64,000 nt of DNA from Octopus sinensis. Its lineage: Eukaryota. Positions 24,961 to 37,100 of the stretch are shown here, one piece after another; within the stretch, counting starts at the first letter, position 1; every line of letters begins with the position of its first letter. Location of the stretch: the NCBI RefSeq assembly GCF_006345805.1, contig NC_043011.1, positions 32,066,464 to 32,130,463 of the forward strand, given 5' to 3'. Below the pieces are notes generated by a model. It worked only from the letters and a program-made list of their open reading frames with translations, was not told the origin of the DNA and searched no databases. Made by a program: the position numbers and the translations under genes.

Positions 24961-25747
24961 ATGCCCTGCTCTTTCTGCTACTCTTCAAGCTTTATTTGAA
25001 TCCACTGATGTCATTATAGTCAAGCCAGATGATAGTAGCTTTGAGTCTCTACATCCTTATACACTATTGAAGAAATAATGTTAGTACTTAATTCACTACC
25101 TACTATCATTATAAACTCAACTGTAATGTTCCAGTATTCTGAATTTAAGTATTCTAAATCAGAGGGAGTTACGCCCCTTACTTCAGGACTATACACTACA
25201 ACAGTGGAGGCTGATTTTTGTTCCATCATGCAAAACTGCCAGTTTTTAAGTCTTAGTTTTGTACTGTAACTGCATTCAGATCTAGGATTCTTAAAATTGA
25301 AATGTAAATGTTCATTTTTTAGTTCAATCTTACATTGCTAGAATCCTATAAATATCATTCCAGCCACCAAATTTAATAATAAAAAATTTAGTTAATCTAC
25401 TAAATCCCTCTAAATTATTGAATATTTTAAAAATTGATTAAAACCCACATTACAGTTGCTACAAAGCATTGTTTCTTTTGGCAAATTATGTATTATATCT
25501 GTTAGCCATTTAACATACAAAAACTGTAAGTACATGGAGACCAGAGGGAAGAAAACTGCAAAACGAAACAGGTCTGGCCCAAGAACAGTTGGTACTAAAC
25601 ATTTCAGGAAGACCTCAAATATAAGAGAGCCAGTTACAAAGGAGTAGAGAGAACTACAACAGATCGGCTATACTGGAAGAAGCTTGGTGCTGTATGTGTC
25701 TCACACTGCAGGAGACTACTAAGTTGTAGTCAGTTCTTCATCTAAGC

Positions 25748-25899
25748 CAGTGATTCTCAACTGGGGTCCTTATGGCCTAATATTTAATTATAAAAATTTA
25801 ATAAGACTTTTTTCAAACATTCAAATGGCTAAGGGAGTCCACCGAGTAAAATAGGAATTAAATGAAGTCCACAGGTAAAAACATCATAGAGAATCATTG
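25748..25899. mobile_element. hAT (Charlie-like) MITE
   Basis: CAGTGATTCTCAAC ... GAGAATCATTG termini with a perfect 8-bp TSD ATCTAAGC (25740-25747 and 25900-25907). Confidence 0.8.
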
Positions 25900-26443
25900 A
25901 TCTAAGCAGTAATATGTGAGCTATTTGCAGTTTGTTGAGTTGTGAACTTTGGTTGAGATTTAGGATATATCTAGGAAAGGCAGCTTATCATTTGCTTCAC
26001 TGTTTCAAATGAGTTAAGGATGAAGCACATTTGATGGCAAGCATGCTCAATTTAGAACCGGTAGAGTTCCAATCAATTCACAGGTTTGTAAGGAAGAGAT
26101 TTAGATGTGCCTGTTTGTAGGACATCAGTTTTCTTGTTTGTGTAGGAAAAATATTGAAGCAAAGACATAATTTCACTATTTTCTCTCTTCATAACAGGAT
26201 GGCACTCTAGTCACAACAAACTGTAGTGAAGCCATTCACAGATGATTGTGATCGTCTACTAATACATCATTTCAATTTTTTCATATGCAACCACAAATAT
26301 TCCATCATTACTTCAGTTTTTTTCTCAGATGATTGTAGAATATAGAAAATGACAAAAACTGGTTCTAATGACAAGGCTGTAAATAAAAATTTTTGTTGAA
26401 ATTTTCCATGTTAATATAAAGAAAGAAAAACTGGAATGTTTAC

Positions 26444-26588
26444 CAATAAATTGACCGATTCAATCACATCCAGGAAAACCTCATTCTTCCTGTATTTGAT
26501 TCCCTCTGATCTCCATGATACTGCGTTAGTGACAGCCATTGGAGGTCGGGGGGCAATCTCCAGTTTGTGGCCTTCTTGAGTGATATAC
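26444..26588 (-). CDS. AP1M1: AP-1 mu1 coding exon 4 (YITQEGHKLEIAPRPPMAVTNAVSWRSEGIKYRKNEVFLDVIESVNLL)
   Basis: 145 nt, cag|G acceptor and TTG|gtaaac donor. Contains the VSWR..GIKY.KNEVFLDV motif. Confidence 0.97.
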
Positions 26589-27623
26589 CTGTTTTGCAAA
26601 GTAAAAAGAAAGAAAAAAGACTTCATTACAATATGTAGAGTAAAGGGAGAAGAAACATTGATTAATTGTGGAAGAACAAACGATGATTTCTATTGGTTTA
26701 GCTCTGAGTGATGAAAGAAATGTCTGTCTATCCAAGCTGGATCCTATGCTAGATATCGTAAAATATCTACTCACTACTTACACCAATGATAATGTAAAAA
26801 TGTAATCTGTAGTCAATTAGTTTAAATCGAACTGAATAAAACAGTTTGAGGAAACTACTGATGGTCTGCAGTGGTAAAAATCAGTTCAATAAATTTCACA
26901 AGATGAAAGAAGCTTGTGTGCTGTGAAAAGAAAAAAACTTTAACATTTTGGGGTAGGGCCTGAACGTTCTTTTCCATTTACTGAACGGTCTAACATGAAA
27001 CATGTCTTCTAACAGCACACAAGTTAATTTTATTTTGGGAATATATCGAATAAAGCAGAGTTATGTCCCTTACAAAAAAACTATTTGTAACTCGTAAAAC
27101 GTAATTCTTAATAAGTAATTCTACTTTAATAGAGTTAAACAATTATAAACCATCTTCATATATCGGGGCCCAGTGCTTGCTTATTTCCAGTTCCCATACT
27201 GTTCAGTAAGTGAGAGATAAATTTATCCTTGGAGAGGATTCCAGTCTTAATGCAGGTAGGCGATTCCCACAGAAGAAATTGAACATTACTAGTCAAATCA
27301 ACAGTACTGCTACTGGTTGGAGTGATCAGTATTTCCTAACCTGTAGTATGTATTTTACACTCAGGTAGGTAAGGTCATTTGAGAGTTTTACAGGGACAGG
27401 ATATGAGACGATAACCTTTATGTTGGCTCTCTGTCGAATCAAAACTTAATAACTCAGCTATACATCTCCATCTCTCTCTTTCTTCCTCATGTGTCTCATT
27501 CAAATCATTCTTTTTATCTCAAAATCTTGTTATCTATTTCCTGCAAGGAGGGGTTAAACAATTATCTTGTCATGTTGTTGAGACAGACGACTCTAAAGAA
27601 ACTAAAAATAGTTTTATACTTAC

Positions 27624-27754
27624 TCCTGTAATATTTTACTATCTGTGGTCTGGGGATAACCAAAATCCATTATTTCATCCAAAAGCTCATAAATAACTAC
27701 AAAATTATCACGGATACTTTCTTCTTCTAGTTCTTTAAAATATTCAGCAAAAAT
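27624..27754 (-). CDS. AP1M1: AP-1 mu1 coding exon 3 (IFAEYFKELEEESIRDNFVVIYELLDEIMDFGYPQTTDSKILQE)
   Basis: 131 nt, ccag|ATT acceptor and GA|gtaagt donor. Contains the hallmark SIRDNF..YELLDE.MDFGYPQ motif. Not in the ORF track. Confidence 0.97.
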
Positions 27755-30249
27755 CTGGAAAAAAAAAAGAAGAACAGAACCCAATCAATTCGAGATAGAA
27801 ATTTAATTCTATGAAACAATGAGAGCAGAGCAAAGAATTAATTGCTTAAAGTTTGAATGTAAGTAGTTAGTGGTGTAATTGGGCACCAGGTAAGTGACAG
27901 GTACCAAGCTCAAGTCCCATCAGTAGACTTCTTTTTCTATGCTGTCTCAAATTGGATTAAACTGTCATCATCATTTCAATGTCCTTTTTACCATGCTCAT
28001 ATGGGCCACACAGAATTTTCTGTGGCTGGACGTCCTTCCCGTTGCTGACCCTCACCTAGTTCCAAGTAAAGTAATATTACCCCACCAGCCAGACATGAAT
28101 GGTGGTAACACTTTTTCAGAACCATCACACGATGTTGAGACAAGGATACACCAACTCATTACAGCTCGTCCTTTCAGGAGCCAGGGCCACTTAAAAAGCA
28201 CCCATGCCAGTGCTACATAAATGGTGACATGTAAAGAGCATCCAGCACACTCTGTTAAGTGGTTGGCATTAGGAAGGGCATCCACAACAGACAGTTGGAG
28301 TCCAGACAGCTCCCTGTTAGCCAGCTCCATGTCAAACCATCCAACCCATGCCAGCATGGAAACCAGACATTAAATAATGATGATGATATATATGAGAAAT
28401 TAAGATTCAGACAAGATTACATTATTAGTTATTACATTACATAACAGTGATTTGAAACCCAGTACAGAGTGTTCCAAGTGCATTTGGATGCTTAACCAGA
28501 ATGGATCATCAGGGAACAATTTATTACATCTACACACACACAACAGGCTTCTTTCTGTTTCTGCAAGCCAAATCCACTCACAAGGCTTCGGTTGGCCTGG
28601 GATTATAGAAGAAGCCACTTGCCCAAGGTGCCATGCTGTGGGACTGAACTAAGGCCACACGGTTGGGAAGTAAGCTTCTAAACTACACAGCCACTCCTGC
28701 ACCTATGTAAAGCAAATAAAACATTTGCTCTTTGAACCAAATTGATGATTCACAGTTTAATCCATAATCTATATTACTAGAATAGATTAAACAGATTAGG
28801 ATATAAATTTAAAAGCAAAATGGCAATAGAGGGGATAGAAAACAATTAAAACTAAGTTAAAATTATACATATTAGTATTCTTGAACTCTTTTGCTGGTTT
28901 TAGTCAATTGACAGTGGCCATACTTCAGCAATATCATTTAATGATGATATATATTTAGAAAAGAAAGAATAGTGCCTATGACCCTTTTTTTTTTAGTGTT
29001 TCTAAGATTGGTAGGAGGAAAACAGAAATTATTTTGAAGCTGGAGACCTGGCATGAGTGCTTGTAGCAGAAAGGCCTCTTTTAAAGGCACCCAAGGGGCT
29101 AGGTGGTGGTTTACAGCAGGCAATAGATTAAGCCTACTACCCACGTAGGTGGGGTTTAAATGCTGAATGCAAAGAGCCAGAACAAATGCCACAAGGTATC
29201 CTATCCAATATTCCAAGGATTCTGCCAGACACACCTGACTGGTGTTCTATTCAACCCCTGAAAGGATCCAACCCCTATTCTGGTAGACCTGTTAGAAATA
29301 GCAGCCAAATCTTTTTCAAATCATACCTTACTGTGTTAACCCTTTAGCATTTAAACTGATCATATTCAGCCTAAGTATTCCGTCTTATGTTCAAACCAGC
29401 CAGATCTGGCCTCTCACACTTACCCTACAAATGATGCTACTCTGCTGGCTAGGCAGGCAGACCAACATTTCCAACATTCCCACTGAACATAGCATCAGTC
29501 CATCACAGAGTTACCTATTTACAGCCGAGTGGACTCAAGCAACGTGGTTTTCCTCGAGAACACAACATACAACTGGTCTGGAAAGTGAAATCAGAATCTC
29601 GCAATTGGGCATACAACACTCTAGCAACTAGGCCATGTAATTTGAAATAACATCTGAAAAAAACTTAAGCCAGTCATGACTAAAACTCTTTTAATAAGTC
29701 CACTGGACCAAGTGCTAAACAAAAGGAGTGACTTATTTAATCTACTTAACACTATAGGGACTGAGGATTATAAATGCATTAATTATATAACAATCCTGAA
29801 TACTAAAGCTATAATAAATAACAAATCAGCAGGTGGTAGCAAATGACATCGAATCAATTATAAGATAGTTATACAGATGAGAAGGTGAAAATATACAAAT
29901 TAAACCTTTTTTTTTTTCTTGTACTCTTACCCATTATATATCAAAGCTACACATTACATTTTTTCTATTATAGCCACAAGGCTTGATATTTTGGGGGTGG
30001 GGGCTAGTTGATTATATTGACCCTGGTGCTCAACTGGTGCTTGTTTTATCAAACTTGAGAGAATGAAATGCCTTGGCAGAATATGAACACAGAATGTAAA
30101 GCTGGATGAAATAGCACGAAACATTTGTCCAGTGTAGTAACAATTCTGCAGGTCTGCCACCTTCAGAAAAAAAAAAAAAAATGAACACTGCATTATTGAT
30201 GTATAAATATCTAAGTTGGTGATGGACAGTTTACAGATAATACACCTAC

Positions 30250-30474
30250 CTGTACAATTTTATGTAAAAATGAAAAGACCATAGTGGCGCTAGCATTTTT
30301 CTTGGTAGTTGACACTAGATAGAGGTTGTTGTATTTTATGTAGACATAAGCAATATTTCCATGCTGTAGTATGGGCGTCACATTCCCTTCTTCTTCCTTA
30401 TCCATCAACAGTGGCATAAACTTGTCAATCGCTGACATATCTATATCTCCTCGGTAGTTGCGACATATCAGCAC
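30250..30474 (-). CDS. AP1M1: AP-1 mu1 coding exon 2 (VLICRNYRGDIDMS...FLHKIVQ)
   Basis: 225 nt, cag|GTG acceptor and CAG|gtaggt donor. Longin-like N-terminal region of mu adaptins. Confidence 0.97.
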
Positions 30475-31097
30475 CTGAAACAAAGAAACAATTACAAGAA
30501 TGCTTATTGATTTTGATTAATGATAAAACATTGATATTCTAAAACTATTTAACATAAGAAATATTATGAAGTTATATTACGAAGTTCTCAAAATCTGATA
30601 CCTGTGCCCTTAACATAATTCTCAGGCAGAATCAATATGGTAAAGAGTGTGACAAAGTCAGACTTTTGAATTACAGGTACAGTTCGCCTGATGAGCTTCC
30701 ACACAGTTTCCGTTCACCCTATTTCAATTACAAGATACGGCTCAACCTGTAGCTATCGTAAAAGACACTGGTTCAAGATGCCATGCTGACGGAGAGAACA
30801 ATGAATCTTGTAATTGAGGAATGAGTTCAGCCATAACGCACACACACACAGGCATGCATGCGTGCATATGCACACACAGAGGAGGTCACGCAAGTATGCA
30901 CACACATATGAAGGAGGTGAGAATGTGATTACAACAGGGTTTATTTCAGAAAAGTTTTCAGAAAGCTTTAGGGAATCTAAAAAAAATCTAAGATTCAAAT
31001 TCATGGAAAATGTGAATTTTAATTTTGTTAAAGAAACAAAACAAAAAAAAAAAAAAAAAAGAAAATTAATTGAATAATTTTAAAAAATCATTTTTAC

Positions 31098-31139
31098 CTT
31101 TCCTTTGACGTCTAAAATATAGATCGCTGAGGAAGACAT
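31098..31139 (-). CDS. AP1M1: AP-1 mu1 coding exon 1 (MSSSAIYILDVKGK)
   Basis: ATG at 31139-31137 and donor GTAAAA after 31098. An upstream acceptor (ctttcag) ends at 31159, implying 19 nt of 5'UTR in this exon and a further non-coding exon upstream. Confidence 0.93.
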
Positions 31140-31461
31140 GATTCCACAGTATATTTGTCTGAAAGTATAAAGGAGGTCGAAATACTAGCATTAGTATTAA
31201 TAAGCTTGTTTCAAACAATAGTTGTTTAATGTTTCAGAGCTGAAAGACAAACTTAAAATTTAACATCCCAAATATTCTTCCTGTTATATGTTCAAACTGG
31301 CCTGATCCAGCCTACCCAAAATTGTCATTCTAAATATAAATGGTCACATCATCGAAATCTCAGAGCTACAAAATAATGCATGAGTAATTCAAAATAATGT
31401 GAATAAATAAGCATTACATTTGACAGAATAATCTGAATGCTAAATGGATATGTATATATAT

Positions 31462-31581
31462 ATATTGTTATATTTCGGAATGGTCATTTTGCCAGTTTAG
31501 CCAATAAAAACACACGCACTATAGTGCGTGTGTTTTTATTGGCTAAACTGGCAAAATGACCATTCCGAAATATAACAATAT
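31462..31581. repeat. Perfect 120-bp spacerless palindrome
   Basis: The 60-bp arms are exactly complementary around GCACTA|TAGTGC (31521/31522). Abuts a short TA tract. Confidence 0.97.
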
Positions 31582-34500
31582 CTGTTTCAACACACGACTT
31601 CACATTAAAAATCTTTCACAACAAATATTTAAACGTATATATATATATATACATGTGCATGCGACCCACCCCCAATGCTGTATATTAACTGATATTTATC
31701 AAACTTGAGTAGAGAAATACTTTTCAAAATCATTTAAACCAACAATATCTAGCCCAAATATTCTACCTATTTTATGTTCAACCTGGCCAGACCTGACTTG
31801 TTATACCTACCCTACAATGTCATTCTAAAAAATAAACAATTCATCATCATCATCGTCTAACATCCATTATCCATGTTGGCATGTGTTGGACACTTTGATT
31901 GAGGTCTGGAGAGCCAGCAGTTGCACCAGGCTCCAATCTGATCTGGCAATGTTTCTACAGCTGGATGCCCTTCCTAATGCCAACCACTCCGAGAGTCTAG
32001 TTGGTGACTTTTACGTGCCAGCAGCACAGGAGCCAGTCAGGCGGTCCTGGCATCGATCACATTCGGATAGTGTTTTTTACATGCCACCAGCACGGAAGCC
32101 ATTGAAGCTATGAGATAATGCAGGATTACTTCAAACTAATATGATTAAATAAGCATTATACTTGACTGAGTAATCTGAATGTCACAGGGTTGAAAGCAGG
32201 GTTGATTCTAACAGAGACTGAGCTCATATTCTAGAGAAGCTAATACTAAATATTACAAAGCATTTAATCTAACATTCTGCTAAGACAGCTGCCTCTGCCA
32301 ACACCAAACCATTATATTCCAAACATCCCTCTTATCTTTTACAGAAGAATCCACTTGAGACCTTTTTAAAGTAGAGTGTATTAGATAACCTCAACATTGT
32401 CTGTCATCTCTATCTTTCTCCCTTCTTCCCTGAGGTGTAATATCCTTAATTAGACAACAAGCCAACAAGACTCCTTCCATGTGGTGATTTGACTTCCTAA
32501 AGCTAGCTTCTAAGACCTCTCTACCTTCTTACATACACTATGTCCCCCTACCACCACAAAGAAAAAAGATGATTTTTTCATGGTTGCTATATCAAGACCT
32601 ACAAAAGGCTAACAACTCTTAATGAAGAAGGGAAAGAGAAGGGAAAATAGGAAAGCTTCTGACAATACGGAAAGTTTCACAAAGCCATTATATTTCAGGT
32701 GCAAAGGCTCATCTTCTGAAGAAAAACAGGTTTTGTGAAACTTTCTGCATTGTCCCTTTTCTCTCCTTTCTTTGATATTACAATGCTTCAAGCAAACTGC
32801 AACGATCTTATTAACTTTTAATGAATATTCCACCTTCTGACATGTGAGTAACTATATAACACTGCTACAGCAAGAAACCTATTCTCTTACACTGTGCCCC
32901 ACTTTTCTCCTCTTCTCCTAGCAGCTGTAGAAACCACGTCAAAGCAGACACTGGAGCATGACGCAGTCCTTAGGCCCATCATATCCTATCAAACCAGCCA
33001 ACCCATACCAGCATGGAACATGGACATTAAATGAAGATGATGATTATAACAATGACAGCTAATGACATAATATTAGTTGTTTAGCTTTACAGCAAGCTGA
33101 CCTAAGATAAAAGGCATTCCAACTATGACCATCCTGTCATTTATTCAAACAGAATCCATCTCAGACTACACTTTCTAATGCATCTATCAGATTTTTAAAA
33201 CAGCAGGGTGTGATATCAAGGGGACTTGGTTGCTGTTTCTAGCAGGTCAGATGACCATATAGATGCACTCCCTCACTGGGACTGACTCAAGTTACATCTT
33301 ATTGTACAATCATGGCTAATTTAAGTCATTACAATGTTTCCATACCAAGTGAATAGTCCCATTATTGGTAATGCATTTTGACCTTGCACACATTAGAAGA
33401 CATTAAAACACCAATATATGTATCATCAGACTCTAGTCACACAAATACTAAGATATCTACAATATCAACAGAGCTATTATCAACATACACAGATAACTCT
33501 TAACCCAGTAAATTGTGTTATTTAGTTGTTTCCTAATCAACAATTATTGCCCAGTAAAAGCTTTCTATATTGTCCAATAGTAATATAATTTATATTGCTG
33601 ATCATGGGCTCAGCAAACCCTTTTGATAACCAGCCTTTCAGAAATTGCTGCTGGTTCTATCATACTCTTTACTCTTTTACTTGTTTCAGTCTTTTGACTG
33701 CGGCCATGCTGGAGCACCGCTTTTAGTCGAGCAAATCGACCCCAGGACTTATTCTTTAGAAGCCCAGTACTTATTCTATTGGTCTCTTTTGCCGAACCAC
33801 TAAGTTACAGAGACATAAACACACATGACTGAAACAAGTAAAAGAGTAAAGAGTAAAATGAAAGGATCACCACATGACAAGCTGAAAAAAGCTTGCAAGC
33901 ACATCTATGCTGGTGCTCATGATCTACAACAGTGCTGAGATGAAGGACTTAAAGTCCAATGTCAGTTTATTACTAGTCGGTTGATCTAGTAGGTGGGGGC
34001 CTCATATGAATGGGGCGGGGGTGCAAGGGTGCCATAAATCCATCAAGAGGAAGGCCCTGAAACCATGCACATTCTCTGCCGATGATTCCTGAAACCCACT
34101 AGCCTTCGGTATGTGGAGCTTTTGATTAGCAGCACTTGCTCCACTAAGCAAGTCTATCGTTATTCCTGCTGAGCATTAAGATATACTGTTTACATAAGGC
34201 ATAAATACACAAGCACATACACACAAACACACAGAGGATGTCCAAACAGCTTTTTGTTTTTCTACCAAACTTCATTCACAAAGCATTGTTTGGCCAAAGG
34301 CTATAGTAGAAGACATTTTCCCAAGGTGCCACCCACATGATGGATAGAACCCAAAACGATGTGGCTGTGAAGAGAGCTTCATTATTGATTGGAGATGCAT
34401 TTCCGCATCTGCAGTTAATAATAACAATGATCATTATTATAATTATTTTCATAGACAAAAGACCACAAATTTGTATATTAGTGAAGATGAGTTGGGGGGA

Positions 34501-35148
34501 GGTACTGTAGAGTGAATTCATAATAACTGATAGAGTTTACATTTATGTATGATATTTCTTGTATGTGGAGCCCGCCTCATTGTTTGTAATTATTCAGTTT
34601 GTAGGTAGTGATGATTATAATACAGGAAACACCAAGTTGAAGGTGATGAAGTATATAATATGAAATGACAGCCTCAAAATAAACCCTACATATATACACA
34701 AACACACACACACACAAGCACAAAAGACAGAAAAAAAAACATCTGATAAGGAGAAATAAAAATAGTATCAGGTAAAATTAATTGAGATTTTCTAATTAAG
34801 ATATTTGTAGATAAACAATGTGTTTAGGCTAGAAGTTCTAAGATTAATGAGAACAAAGTACAGGTATAACTAAACATATTAAAGCTATATTAATTGATTC
34901 TGTTAAATAAGCAGATATATATATATATATATATATAAAAAAAATTTTGAAAACCCAATGTAGCCTCAGTCTCGTCCAAGAACTAAAATCAGTCAGGAAA
35001 AGAGAAGAGTACAAATAGCACATGACCTTACATTTCATGCCTCATATAGACAGGTTTTGATATAAGAAAGGTTTGCTGTCAAACAATAGCAAACAATAGA
35101 CATTATACTATTTATCTTGCTTCTTCTTTGCAACACTAATTATGTCAT

Positions 35149-35336
35149 ATACAAGGTGGGTGCTGAAAAGTTCCTGGCTTTAGTTAAAAGAAAATACTCC
35201 CCTCTCAGATTCACACACTTATTGCAATGGTCCTTTGGTTTCTCAAAGTTCTGTAAAAGAAATTAAAAAGTTGGGCCTCCAGCCAGGCCTTTTGTGATAC
35301 CCTTAAAGCCAGGAACTTTTCAGACACCCTCCCCAT
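35149..35336. mobile_element. mariner-derived MITE
   Basis: TIRs TGCTGAAAAGTTCCTGGCTTTA and TAAAGCCAGGAACTTTTCAGACA. Confidence 0.7.
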
Positions 35337-36554
35337 ACATAAAACATATATGCATAAGTCTATTATCACTGCTCTTGTTGTCAGTCATTCAGTAATCCAT
35401 TTTATTTGGTGGATGAATAGTGGTGTACACAGTGTATGTGTGTGTGTGTTGCCACTTGGAGTATCTCTTGAATGTGCTGTTCCACCCCTTTACAGGCTTA
35501 TACAGCAGACCTACAAATGTACTGACTCCACCCTCAGCCTGCCCTAGCTACACTACATGAAGGATATCACATTTTGATTCCTGTTTGACTAATTTTTGTA
35601 TACTAATTTCTTCTTCACTGCTTTTGCATATTCCCATGACTCTCTGTTGCTATCCAGTTCCATTATTATGAATTTCAATTAAGAGCTTGAATCATAGTGA
35701 ATTTTTCATTAGCTGATTACACAACCCTAATGGATGCATTGCAGTTACTCTCTTGATAGAGCTTGGTGATCCTAACTGTTGATCTACTAGGGTTTCTCTG
35801 CTCAGCATCACTGTAAGAAGTACCATTGGTTCATTTGAGGTCTACCTCTTCACAACCTGCCATGCTGCAGCCCCATGAATTTGTAGCATCCCTGGCAAGA
35901 TGGTTGAACAGGTACTGTGTCTTGCCAAAGGGCAGCCTGTAACTATGCAGTGCACAGTCTTCACTCTGTGAGGTATTTTCAAAATACCCACGTACCGCAT
36001 GTACTAATTCTTTGCATTAATTACACATCATTATGCCCCCATCTATTCTCTGTCTATCTTTCCAAGTAAGCTACAATCAAAGATACTGTTGGACTTTATA
36101 GCTCACGATAATAAATGTAAACAAACTAAGTCCATTGTGTTAGTCAGGTTCACATTTTCATGGTTTGACTTATGCTTTTAGTTATGGCAGTTTGCTGCTC
36201 TTTAACATAATCTGCAATATGGATTAGGTCGTTAGTTTAACTCTTTAACCGTGAAATCAAATTTCATGGTTATTCCAGTAATGATGTTAAATACCTACGA
36301 AAAAAAAAACAGAATTGTTAATTTATGCAAGACACATTGCCTCAATAACTTTGACATAGCAAAAAATAGTTTCAAACATGACATATTCCAACAAAAGATA
36401 GATTGATATACAAAACTGTTTTTTGTAGCTAAGTCTAATGAAATTTTGTGTGGATATGTCCAATCTCCACAGTAAAAGGATTTTAAATCTTCTTTGCGAT
36501 TGGCTCTCAAATTCTGAACCAAATGATACACAAGTTAAAAACACCTATACACAA

Positions 36555-37100
36555 TACAGTTCTATATTTAAGAGATGAGGAATTATGTACATTATTTACA
36601 TTCGACAGATATTTGTCCTCATCTTGTTTGTTGTTAACACAACGTTTTGGCTGATATACCCTCCAGCCTTCTTCAGGTGTCTTGGGGAAATTTTGAACCT
36701 GTGAAGATGAGTTGGGGTGGGGTGGGGTGGGGTGGGGGTCATTGTTGAGTGAATTCATAACTGATAGAGTTTACAGTTATGGATGATATTTCTTGTATGT
36801 GGAGCCCTTTTCATTGTTTGTAATTATTCAATTTATAGGTACGCTACTATGCCATATGCCCACAGGCATATGGCGTAGTGGTTAAGAGCGCGAGCTACTA
36901 ACCCCAAGATTCCGTGTTCGATTCCAAGCAGTGACCTGAACAATAATAATAATAATAGTATCGATACCTTAGGAATGAGAACCCAGGTTTGAAATTTCCC
37001 CAAGACACCTGAAGAAGGCTGGAGGGTATATCAGCCAAAACGTTGTGTTAACAACAAACAAGATGAGGACAAATATCCGTCAAATGTAAATAATGTAAAT
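36555..37100. mobile_element. Composite insertion: inverted hammerhead-bearing tail + duplicated local segment + tRNA-headed SINE with hammerhead-bearing tail
   Basis: Flanked by a perfect 15-bp direct repeat AACACCTATACACAA (36540-36554 and 37101-37115). 36555-36700 is the reverse complement of 36985-37100 plus extra 3' sequence. Confidence 0.8.
37004..37049 (+). ncRNA. Minimal hammerhead ribozyme motif with G12A change (inverted twin at 36636-36681)
   Basis: GACAC-CUGAAGA-A-GGCUG gagggtatat CAGCC-AAAAC-GUU/GUGUU. Stems I and II are intact and stem III is the palindrome AACGTT. The required GAAA reads AAAA, consistent with CpG decay. Confidence 0.6.

Larger units (their letters stand above)
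10585..31139 (-). other. AP1M1: AP-1 complex subunit mu-1 gene, full coding span (10 coding exons, 422 aa)
   Basis: Manually spliced exons of 42+225+131+145+127+143+72+159+126+99 = 1269 nt give one open frame from MSSSAIYILDVKGK to YITQNGDYQLRTN*. It matches the metazoan mu1 adaptin sequence as I recall it. All introns are GT-AG with compatible phases. Confidence 0.97.

Noticed and set aside
25690-25748. Minus-strand TAGATGA…GAGAC, hammerhead-like spacing
   Set aside because: Both core segments deviate and stem I is unconvincing.
26911-27030. 14-bp inverted ends (CTTGTGTGCTGT) around about 90 bp
   Set aside because: Probably a decayed MITE; no TSD or second copy to support it.
32700-32750. 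CTGAAGA-aaaacaggttttgt-GAAAC on the plus strand
   Set aside because: No stem I complementarity and no NUH cleavage context.
35600-36050. GC-richer stretch that might be a transposase relic
   Set aside because: All six frames are heavily interrupted and I could not recognise a motif.
36865-36935. Possible tRNA gene (likewise about 420-495 and 17990-18065)
   Set aside because: No proper acceptor stem, and each continues into a repeat body; these are SINE heads.
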